Source of the DNA: Candidatus Acidiferrum sp.
GTDB taxonomy: Bacteria; Chloroflexota; Dormibacteria; Dormibacterales; Dormibacteraceae
Assembly (NCBI GenBank): GCA_035571315.1
Contig: DATMKM010000158.1
Coordinates: forward strand, 20,182-84,181
Direction of reading: 5' to 3'
DNA: 64,000 nucleotides
Shown here: positions 18,188 through 25,847 of the stretch, piece after piece
Position numbering within the stretch: the stretch's first letter is position 1
Layout of the letters: every line of letters starts with the position of its first letter
Position numbers and translations under genes: made by a program
Notes under the pieces: generated by a model
Databases searched by the model: none
What the model saw: the letters and a program-made list of their open reading frames with translations, nothing else
Told to the model about the DNA's origin: nothing

Positions 18188-18790
18188 GTGCCAGCGTTGC
18201 CTGATCGGGGGCAGGAGACGTACCAGCCGGGCTTGCGAGAGGACTTCGACCGCCTCTACCGCAACGCCTATCCACGCGTCTTCCGAACCCTTCTCGCGAT
18301 CCTCGGGGACCCCGACGAGGCGGAGGACTGCGCGCAGGACGCTTTTGTCAAGGCCTTCCAGGCCTGGAAGCGCTGGCGCCCCAACGCGCCTGCGGAAGCC
18401 TGGATCCACCGGATCGCGGTCAACCGTGCGATCTCGTACCGTCGCAGCGCGCGCCTGCGGTCGGTTGGGGAGATCCTCCGCCGCGTCGGCAGACCAGCGG
18501 GTTCCACCGATCCGGCGCAAGTGGCGACGCGGCCCGACATCCTCACCGCGCTGCGAGCGATTCCACCCAAGCTGGCGGCCGCCATCGTCCTGCGCTACTA
18601 CCACGGCTACAACAACCGCGAGATTGCCGCGGCGCTGGGGGTTTCCGAAAGAACCATCGGTTCGCGTTTGAACAGGGCCGCCGCGCGGCTGAGACCGCTG
18701 CTTGAAGAATCTCGAACTTCGGCCTTCTCACTTGGCGTAGGTGCGGCGTTGTCTTCAGAGCAGGATGCGAGTTCCCGTGCCGAGAGCTGA
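18188..18790 (+). CDS. ECF-type RNA polymerase sigma-70 family factor
   Basis: C-terminal 200 aa of ORF 17321..18790. Region 2: FDRLYRNAYPRVFRTLLAILGDPDEAEDCAQDAFVKAFQAWKRW...WIHRIAVNRAISYRR. Region 4: LPPKLAAAIVLRYYHGYNNREIAAALGVSERTIGSRLNRAAARLR. Start assigned to GTG 18188, only 33 nt from the divergent gene; uncertain. Confidence 0.8.
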   Translation: MPALPDRGQETYQPGLREDFDRLYRNAYPRVFRTLLAILGDPDEAEDCAQDAFVKAFQAWKRWRPNAPAEAWIHRIAVNRAISYRRSARLRSVGEILRRVGRPAGSTDPAQVATRPDILTALRAIPPKLAAAIVLRYYHGYNNREIAAALGVSERTIGSRLNRAAARLRPLLEESRTSAFSLGVGAALSSEQDASSRAES

Positions 18791-19289
18791 GCACCACCGC
18801 TTGGACCCCGGTTTGGAATGGCGATTGAAAGTGGCACTGAACCGCGTCACACCACCCTCATCGACCCCGCGCTACCTCTCGAGTGCGCTGAATGGCGTCA
18901 GGCCGTGGCGCGTCGCGCCCTTTGCGCTCGCGGGCGCGACCGCCATCCTGCTCGCTCTTACAGCCACCGCCACGACCGGCAGTCCCAACCCAGCCGTGTG
19001 GACGGGCGACGCCGCCTCGACCATCGGTGCGGTCGGGCACCTCCCAGACCCAAGGCCCAGCCCACCGCCGAGCCCGCCGCCCCCGGCCCCGCCTCGCAAG
19101 GCCGCCGTGCCAGCTCTGGCGCACCCGCCCGCAACCGGCAGGGCGGCGCCCAGCGCTGAGCCAACCGAGCGGCCCGAGGAGTCGCCTCGACCCCGGCCCA
19201 CCGCCTCCCCCAGTCCGTCGGACGATCACTCAGGCTGGAGCTGGCCAAATCCCTCGCCGAGCCCGTATAGCGACCCGCGCGACCACTAA
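18765..19289 (+). CDS. Putative anti-sigma factor / single-pass membrane protein with a Pro-rich ectodomain
   Basis: Overlaps the sigma gene stop. ...LEWRLKVALNRVTPPSS...WRVAPFALAGATAILLALTATA (one TM helix), then a Pro/Ser-rich tail. No recognisable domain. Called from position and topology only. Confidence 0.4.
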   Translation: MRVPVPRAEHHRLDPGLEWRLKVALNRVTPPSSTPRYLSSALNGVRPWRVAPFALAGATAILLALTATATTGSPNPAVWTGDAASTIGAVGHLPDPRPSPPPSPPPPAPPRKAAVPALAHPPATGRAAPSAEPTERPEESPRPRPTASPSPSDDHSGWSWPNPSPSPYSDPRDH

Positions 19290-19359
19290 AGCGACCCTTC
19301 CTACTTTTGGGTTTCCGGGCGTTACTAGGCATCCATCGTTGGTCAACAAGGAGGACAAC

Positions 19360-19932
19360 GTGACCAGAAAGACGATATTCAAGATCGGACTCGCCTCGGC
19401 CGCGGCCGGGGTAGCCGCGATCCTGGCGATCACGTCAGCGTTCGCGCACGGGACCCCGACGACGACCGGCCGCTCAATGGTCGGAACGATCGTGAATGCG
19501 GCGACCGGCGCCACCTTCGTGTCTTTCGAGGACCAGGCTCCGACCGCGGTCATCGACGAGCAGACGGCGGACGCTGAGGAGGCTGCCGAGCTGGCCGCCA
19601 AGATCGCCGCGGAGCAAGCCGAGCTGGCCGCCAAACTCGCCGCCCAGCGGGCAGAAGAGGCCGCCGAAGCGGCCGCCGCCACATGCACCACCGCCGACCA
19701 GACCGAAGACACGAGCGAGGCTGCCGCCGACCAGTCAGAGGACTCGGCTGAGAAGACCAACGGAACCGAGAGCGCCGCGGAAGACTCCGCCGAGCAGGCC
19801 GCCAGGCAGGCTACCGACAAGCCTGAGGACGCGGCTGAAGTGAAGTGCGCCGCAACAGAGGGCGAGCACCACAGCGACGGCGACAGCCACGAAAGCAGTA
19901 CCAAGACGTTCTCGTCTGAGGGCGACCACTAA
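19360..19932 (+). CDS. Secreted acidic Ala/Glu-rich protein (hypothetical)
   Basis: GTG 19360 is preceded by AAGGAGG (19349..19355). VTRKTIFKIGLASAAAGVAAILAITSAFA-HG is a signal peptide. The mature part is low-complexity: AEEAAELAAKIAAEQAELAAKLAAQRAEEAAEAAA...SEGDH. Confidence 0.5.
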   Translation: MTRKTIFKIGLASAAAGVAAILAITSAFAHGTPTTTGRSMVGTIVNAATGATFVSFEDQAPTAVIDEQTADAEEAAELAAKIAAEQAELAAKLAAQRAEEAAEAAAATCTTADQTEDTSEAAADQSEDSAEKTNGTESAAEDSAEQAARQATDKPEDAAEVKCAATEGEHHSDGDSHESSTKTFSSEGDH

Positions 19933-19950
19933 GCACCCAACCCTTCCTTG

Positions 19951-19975
19951 AAGGCCGGGCGTCCGGCCCGGCCTT
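19951..19975. terminator. GC-rich hairpin between convergent genes (possible bidirectional terminator)
   Basis: aaggccggg-cgtccgg-cccggcctt (9-bp stem), followed on the + strand by ctccttatttcc. Lies in the 47-nt gap between the stops at 19932 (+) and 19980 (-). Confidence 0.5.
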
Positions 19976-19979
19976 CTCC

Positions 19980-20846
19980 TTATTTCCGGCGCTGCACGAA
20001 CTGAAAGCCGAAGCGTCCCTTCACACAGAGGTGGCCAGCGGTGACGCTGTGGTCGAGCGGCGAAGTCACCTTCACGATCGAGTTGTCCTGCACATGCAGC
20101 TCGAGCATGCAGCCGACCCCGCAATAGGGGCAAACCGTCTGGGTCACGGTCTGAGCCGGCTCATCCCACGTTCCCGCCTGGCGCATGTCGTACTCGCTCT
20201 TGAACATCAGGGCTCCAGTTGGGCAAACGCCGATGCAGTTGCCGCAGTACACGCAGGCCGATTCGGGCAGCGGCGTGGTGAACTCCGTGGAGATGTGGGC
20301 GTCGAAGCCGCGACCCGCCACCCCGATGGCGAACGTGTTCTGCGCGTCGACGCCGCAGGCCTCGACGCACTTGTAGCAGAGGATGCAGCGCGAGTAATCC
20401 CGCACATACAGGTCGTTGTCGATCTTCACCGGCTGAGCGACGGTCGCGACGTTCGCGCCGAACCGACCAGGTGTCGCGCGGTAGCGCGACATCCACCCGT
20501 GCACCTCCTGCGAGCAGAGCGACATGTCCACGGACGACGCGAGCAGCTCGAGCACGAGCCGGCGGCTGTGTCGTACCCGCTCCGAATCCGTCTGGATCTT
20601 CATGCCCGCCTCGACCTTGCGCGAGCAGGCGGGCACGAGCACGCGCGATCCCTCGAGCTCCACCACGCAGACCCTGCATACGTTGACCGGCGTCAGTGTC
20701 TCCAGCTGGCACAGCGTTGGCGTGTCGATCTGCAGCCGGCGGCAGGCGTCGAGGATGGTCGCGCCTTCGAGCACATCGACCTCGTGGCCGTCGATGCTGA
20801 CTTTGACGAACCGCTTGGGCAAGCCGACGAACACAGGCTCAGCCAT
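19980..20846 (-). CDS. Formate dehydrogenase alpha, N-terminal Fe-S module (2Fe-2S, two 4Fe-4S ferredoxin motifs, and the Mo-bisPGD-domain [4Fe-4S] segment)
   Basis: 288 aa. C46-x10-C57-x2-C60-x13-C74; CILCYKCVEAC; CVYCGNCIGVCP; then CPYCGVGCMLEL...LCVKGRFGFQFVQRRK*, which is the first ~50 residues of an FdhF-type catalytic domain. 8-nt overlap (ATGGCTGA) with the upstream gene. Confidence 0.85.
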   Translation of the reverse strand: MAEPVFVGLPKRFVKVSIDGHEVDVLEGATILDACRRLQIDTPTLCQLETLTPVNVCRVCVVELEGSRVLVPACSRKVEAGMKIQTDSERVRHSRRLVLELLASSVDMSLCSQEVHGWMSRYRATPGRFGANVATVAQPVKIDNDLYVRDYSRCILCYKCVEACGVDAQNTFAIGVAGRGFDAHISTEFTTPLPESACVYCGNCIGVCPTGALMFKSEYDMRQAGTWDEPAQTVTQTVCPYCGVGCMLELHVQDNSIVKVTSPLDHSVTAGHLCVKGRFGFQFVQRRK

Positions 20847-22650
20847 CGATCACCGCCAGCTGAGTGAGCCCGGATGCAATCGCGTTCGCCGCCGTTTGAC
20901 CCAGACCGCAAATCGACGCGTCACGCATCGCCTGCGCGATGTCGCTGAGCAGGGCGACGTCAGATTCCTGGCGATCCGTCAGCAGACGATGAAGCACCTC
21001 CTCCTGCCTCACGGTCCCGACGCGGCATGGCACGCACTGGCCGCACGACTCGTCGCGGAAGAAGCGCGCGATGCGGAGCAGGATCTGTTTCAAATCGGCC
21101 GTGTCGTCGAGCACGATGACCGCTCCAGAGCCGAGCGTGGCACCGATTCCTCTTGTCCCTTCGAAGCTGAGCGCAACGTCAAGCTGCCGCTCCGTTACGA
21201 AGGAGCCGGCCGCGCCGCCCAGGAGCACGGCCTGCAACAGTCTCCCGGCGGGTAGGCCTCCAGCCAGGTCGATCAGAGCCCGCAGAGTGGTGCCCATCGG
21301 GACCTCGTAGAGGCCCGGCTCGCGAACATGCCCCGACACGCAGAAGAGGCGAGTGCCTGTGGAATCCGCCGTGCCGGTCGCTGCAAATGCGGCGCCGCCT
21401 TCGACGACGATGTCCAGTACGTTGACGAGCGTCTCAACGTTGTTGATGAGCGTCGGCTTACCGAAGAGGCCTGCCTCGACGGGGAACGGCGGTTTGTTGC
21501 GCGGTTCACCCCGTTTGCCCTCGATCGAGTTGAAAAGCGCGGTCTCCTCACCGCAAATGTAGGCCCATGCGCCGCGGCGGACTTCGATGTCGAAATCGAG
21601 AAGCCCGGCCGCTTTGGTCTGCGCGATCGCATGCTCTATGCGCTGCCTGGCGAGCGGGTACTCGCCGCGGACGAACACGTAGCCCTTGTCGCAACCGGTG
21701 GCGAAGGCGGCGATCGCCATGGCCTCCACGACCGCAAACGGGTCGCGTTCGAGCAGCTCTCTGTCTTTGAAGGTTCCGGGTTCGGACTCGTCGGCGTTAC
21801 AGACGAGGTAGTGGGGACGCGCGGGAGCCTTGGAAACGGAATCCCATTTGCGCCCAGTGGGAAAGGCCGCGCCACCACGGCCAAGCAGCCTGGCGTCGGT
21901 CAGCTCGCGGATGACACCTTCAGGACCAAGCTCCCTTGCCCGCCGCAGCGCGGCAAAACCACCATGCTCGCGATAGCTGTCGATGCTTTCGGGATCGACA
22001 AGGCCAATGCGCCGAAGCATTCTCCCTGCGCCAGCAGCGGAACGTTCAGGAAGTCCCATCCTGGACGGGCTTGCGCCTGAGTTGGTGGGCTCAGGCCAAG
22101 CGCCACCACTCAGGATGGCCTGCGCAGCTATCGATGTGATCGGCGCGATCTGCAGCTCCTCATGAGTCATGCCCGCGCGCTCCACGAGCGCCGCCGGCGC
22201 TCGATCACACAAGCCAAGGCAAGGGCTGCGATGCCATTCCTTGCCCGCCGGGCCGACCGACTTGTCGAGCGCGGCGCACAGCTCATCGGCCCCGGCGCAT
22301 TTACAAGCGATGTCGTCGCAGACGTGGAGCGCGAGCGCGGGTCTTGATTCGAGCGCGAAGCGACCGTAGAAGCTCGCCACCCCGTACGCTTCGGCGGGCG
22401 GGATCGACAGCCTCCGGCACGCATACTCCAGAGCGCCACGGCTCACCCAGCCGACCGTGTCTTGAATGGCGTGGAGGACAGGAAGTAGCAGCGGGCGCTG
22501 AGACCGCGCAGCCCGACCCCCGAAGGCGACGTGATCGTCCGCCGGTCGGCGTTCGCCTCCCTCCCAGAGCGACAGTGGCTCGCCCAGCACACCGTCGACC
22601 GCCGCCTTCTCCTCGGCTGTCGCCGGCCCCCCGGTGGTCCGGATATCCAC
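20839..22650 (-). CDS. NuoE-like + NuoF-like fusion (FDH gamma/beta diaphorase; NAD(H)/FMN/Fe-S)
   Basis: 603 aa. N-terminal part ...LLLPVLHAIQDTVGWVS...HVCDDIACKCAG...SPCLGLCDRAP (NuoE 2Fe-2S). Then GRGGAAFPTGRKW...YLVCNADESEPGTFKDRELLERDP...ESCGQCVPCR (NuoF). The GTG start shares 1 nt with the upstream TAG. Confidence 0.85.
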   Translation of the reverse strand: MDIRTTGGPATAEEKAAVDGVLGEPLSLWEGGERRPADDHVAFGGRAARSQRPLLLPVLHAIQDTVGWVSRGALEYACRRLSIPPAEAYGVASFYGRFALESRPALALHVCDDIACKCAGADELCAALDKSVGPAGKEWHRSPCLGLCDRAPAALVERAGMTHEELQIAPITSIAAQAILSGGAWPEPTNSGASPSRMGLPERSAAGAGRMLRRIGLVDPESIDSYREHGGFAALRRARELGPEGVIRELTDARLLGRGGAAFPTGRKWDSVSKAPARPHYLVCNADESEPGTFKDRELLERDPFAVVEAMAIAAFATGCDKGYVFVRGEYPLARQRIEHAIAQTKAAGLLDFDIEVRRGAWAYICGEETALFNSIEGKRGEPRNKPPFPVEAGLFGKPTLINNVETLVNVLDIVVEGGAAFAATGTADSTGTRLFCVSGHVREPGLYEVPMGTTLRALIDLAGGLPAGRLLQAVLLGGAAGSFVTERQLDVALSFEGTRGIGATLGSGAVIVLDDTADLKQILLRIARFFRDESCGQCVPCRVGTVRQEEVLHRLLTDRQESDVALLSDIAQAMRDASICGLGQTAANAIASGLTQLAVIDG

Positions 22651-24563
22651 TAGGCCCGGGCGCCCGCGTGCAGCTTGTCGATCCTGATCGCGCTCGCCTT
22701 GAACTCCGCGGTACCCGACTTGGGGTCGGTCGCGTCGATGGTCAGCACGTTGGTGGCCACCTGGTCCGGGAAGTGGAGCGTCATGAACGCCAACCCGGGC
22801 CGCAGCGATTCTTCGAAGCGGATCGGCACCTCAACCGAGCCGCGCCGCGAGCTGGCAAGCACCCGCTCGCCGTCGTGGAGGCCGAGCCGCTCGCCGTCGA
22901 CCGGCGATATGAGCAGCGCCTCCCTCGTGCGCAGCGGGGAGGTATACCCGCCCGTCTGGACGCCGGTGTTGAAGGAATCGAGGCGTCGACCGGTCGTCAG
23001 TCTGATCGGAAACTCCTCGGTGAGGTGATCGACAGGAGGATCGTGCTCCACTACGGAGAACGGGGCGAGCATTCCCTCCGCCGGGTCCTTCCACAGCCGG
23101 GCGTGCAGGAATTGTGTTCCGGGGTGCGACTCATCCGGACACGGCCACTGGATGCCGCCGAGCTCGTCGAGGCGGGCATATGACATTCCGGCGTGCATCG
23201 GCGAGAGGCTGCGACACTCGTCCCACACCTGCTCCGCGCTCGGTTGTCCCCATTCACACCCCAGCCTGCGGGCCAGCTCGCAGATGATCTCGAGGTCGTC
23301 TCGCGCGCCGTCCGGGGGCTCGAGGGCGCGGCGGACACGCTGCACGCGCCGCTCGCTGTTGGTGACGGTGCCATCCGACTCGGCCCAGCCCGCGGAGGCC
23401 GGCAGCACGACGTGAGCGAGCTCTGCGGTCTGGGTCAAGAAGATGTCCTGCACCACCAGGTGCTTGAGGCTACTGAGCAGACGCACGGCGCGAGTCTGGT
23501 CGGCCTCGCTGCGCGCGGGGTTCTCGCCCACGATGTAGGCGGACGTCAGCTCGCCGTGCTCCATGGCTTCGAACATCTCGCTCAGGTGGTAGCCCTTCTT
23601 CTCCGGAAACTGTGCGCCACCCCACGCGCGCGAGAACTTGTCGTGAACGGCCCGGTCCTCTAGGTCCTGGAAGCCGGGCAGGCGCGCCGGGATGGCGCCC
23701 ATGTCACCGCCGCCCTGCACGTTGTTCTGCCCGCGCAGCGGGTTGAGGCCGCAGCCGTAGCGGCCGACCTTCCCGGTTAGAAGCGCCAGGTTGATGAGCG
23801 CGAGCACGTTGTCGGTGGCGTTGTGATGCTCGGTGATGCCCAGCGTCCAGCAGATCATCGCCTGGTCGGCTCGCCCGTACTCGAGCGCAACATCTCGGAT
23901 CGCATAAGCAGGCACGCCAGTCTCTTTCTCCGCAACCTCCAGCGTGTATGGCTCGACGCAACTGGCGAACTCCTCATAGCCAGTAGTGGCGCGCGCTATG
24001 AACTCCTTGTTCGCCAGGCCAGCGTGGATGATCACGCGCGCCATCGCGTTGGCCAGTGCGATGTCGCTGCCGACGTCGATGCCCAACCACACGTCCGCCC
24101 ACTCCGCGGAGCTGGTGCGACGCGGGTCCACCGCGACGAGGCGGGCTCCGTTGCGCACACCGCGCAGCAGATGATGGAAGAAGATCGGGTGAGTCTCGCG
24201 AGCGTTCGAGCCCCACAGGATCACGAGGTTCGTGTCCTCAGCCTCGCGATAGGAACTGGTCCCTCCCCCGGCACCGAACACTGTCGCCAGACCGGCGACG
24301 CTGGGAGCGTGTCAAGTCCGATTGCAGCTGTCGATGTTGTTGCTGTGCATGACGGCCCGGGCGAACTTCTGCGCGATGTAGTTCATCTCGTTGCTCTGCT
24401 TGGAGCAGCTGAACATGCCGAAGGCGTTGGGTCCCCGGTCCCTGGCCGAGGCGAAGCCGGCCGCAGCCCGCTCGAGCGCTTCGTCCCAGGTGGCGGGACG
24501 CAACCGCCCGCTTTCCCTGACGAGCGGTTCCGTCAGACGGACAAGCCCGTCATCCATGAACAC
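22650..24563 (-). CDS. fdhA: Formate dehydrogenase catalytic (Mo/W-bisPGD) subunit, selenocysteine-containing, lacking its own N-terminal Fe-S segment
   Basis: Joins ORF 24312..24563 and ORF 22650..24281 (same frame) through TGA 24312..24314: ...WDEALERAAAGF...NYIAQKFARAVMHSNNIDSCNRT-U-HAPSVAGLATVFGAGGGTSSY...NPLRGQNNVQGGGDMGA...TAEFKASAIRIDK. Colinear with E. coli FdhF from about residue 60 onward. Start is GTG 24563 or ATG 24557. Confidence 0.85.
24283..24299 (-). promoter_or_regulatory. Candidate bacterial SECIS hairpin
   Basis: mRNA reads UGA-CACGCUCCCAGC-GUCGCC-GGUCU-GGCGAC. 6-bp stem with a GGUCU loop starting 18 nt after the UGA, the same loop sequence and spacing as I recall for E. 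coli fdhF. Confidence 0.65.
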
Positions 24564-24650
24564 GACAATATCCCGATTTGCACCCGTCGAGCCAAACGGG
24601 CGAAATTCCCCGCGGTGGGCAAGGGCTCGTTTGGCGCCAAACGGGTCGAA

Positions 24651-25838
24651 TCAGCGCTGCGGGTTCGCTGCGATGAACTCCCCGATCCGCTCCAGACCCA
24701 GCTTCAGCTCGTCTTCCGACTGCGTGTAGGCCAGGCGGATGAAGCCCTTTCCCGCGTGCCCGAACGCCGTCCCCGGCAGCACCGCCACGCCGGCTTCGGC
24801 CAGCAGCCGATCCGAAAGCTCGTGCTCGTTGAAGCCCGTCCCCTCGATGTTCGGAAACACGTAGAACGAACCCTGAGGGCGAGCGCAGCGCACGCCGGGG
24901 ATCTCGTTCAGCCCGTCCACCACCAGGTTCCGCCGGTGTTCGAACACCTTCACCATGCGCGCGACTGCATGCTCTGACTCGGGCGCGCTGAGCGCCTCGA
25001 TCGCCGCCATCTGTGTGAAACCCGCGGCGCAGGACGAGGAGTTGATCATCAGCTGGTCGAGCTTGGCCGCGAGCGCCCTGGGAGCCACCGCGTAGCCGAG
25101 CCGCCAGCCGGTCATCGCGTATGACTTCGAGAGACCATCCATGAGAACCGTGCGCTCGCGCATGTCGGGGTGCGACAGCGGCGACACATGCTGAAAGCCG
25201 TACACGAGCTGGCTGTAGATCTCGTCGGACACCACTAGAAGGTCGTGCCTGTGGGCGAGCTCGCACACGAACGTCACGTCCTCTTCGGTCAAGATGCCAC
25301 CGGTCGGGTTCTGCGGGGTGTTCACGATGAGCATCCGTGTCTTCGGCGTCACGAGTGATGCGAGCTCGTCGAGGTCCATCCGGAAGCCGGAATCCTCGCG
25401 CAGCGTCACAGGCTTGGCAACCGCTCCGATGAAGTTGACCTGCGACGCGTATGCGGGATAGCCGGGGTCGGGAAGGATCACCTCGTCGCCCGGCTCGATG
25501 CATGCGAGCAAGGTGAAGAGCAGCACATTTTTCGAGCCTGGGACCAGCACCACCTCCAGCGGATCGACCTCCGTCTTCAGCGTGCGCGAGACGAAGCCGG
25601 CCACGGCCTCGCGTGCTTCGAAGATGCCGCTGGCCGGGGTGTAGTGCGTGTAGCCGTTCTGCATCGCCGAGATGCCGGCCTCGACTATGTTGTCCGGGGT
25701 CGCGAAGTCGGGCTCACCAATCTCCAGATGGACGATCTTCTTGCCCTGCGCCTCGAGGCGCCTTGCCTTCGCCAGCACCTCGAAGGCGCCCTCGGTGCCG
25801 AGGCGCGACATCCGCTCCGCAAACCTGATGGCGCTCAT
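24651..25838 (-). CDS. Class I/II PLP-dependent aminotransferase (aspartate/aromatic type)
   Basis: 395 aa. ...IVHLEIGEPDFATPDNIVEAG...YTPASG...NTPQNPTGG...SKSYAMTGWRLGY... Confidence 0.85.
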   Translation of the reverse strand: MSAIRFAERMSRLGTEGAFEVLAKARRLEAQGKKIVHLEIGEPDFATPDNIVEAGISAMQNGYTHYTPASGIFEAREAVAGFVSRTLKTEVDPLEVVLVPGSKNVLLFTLLACIEPGDEVILPDPGYPAYASQVNFIGAVAKPVTLREDSGFRMDLDELASLVTPKTRMLIVNTPQNPTGGILTEEDVTFVCELAHRHDLLVVSDEIYSQLVYGFQHVSPLSHPDMRERTVLMDGLSKSYAMTGWRLGYAVAPRALAAKLDQLMINSSSCAAGFTQMAAIEALSAPESEHAVARMVKVFEHRRNLVVDGLNEIPGVRCARPQGSFYVFPNIEGTGFNEHELSDRLLAEAGVAVLPGTAFGHAGKGFIRLAYTQSEDELKLGLERIGEFIAANPQR

Positions 25839-25847
25839 GAACGAATC

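Noticed and set aside
18892-19359. The N-terminal 156 codons of the 346-aa ORF 18892..19932 as part of the secreted acidic protein.
   Set aside because: This part overlaps the 18765..19289 ORF in another frame and is Pro/Arg-rich. A strong AAGGAGG-N4-GTG start followed by a classic signal peptide occurs at 19360.
24312-24563. An 83-aa ORF treated as an independent small gene, or the locus treated as a disrupted fdhA pseudogene.
   Set aside because: It is in frame with the downstream ORF across a single TGA. The TGA sits exactly at the conserved Sec/Cys position, and a SECIS-like hairpin follows. It is interpreted as one selenoprotein gene.
24564-24650. A molybdenum-cofactor (Moco) riboswitch upstream of the FDH genes, and likewise upstream of moeA (56515..56580).
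   Set aside because: The spacers are only 87 and 66 nt, shorter than the Moco RNA motif as I recall it. I could not recognise its conserved elements. A covariance-model scan is still needed.
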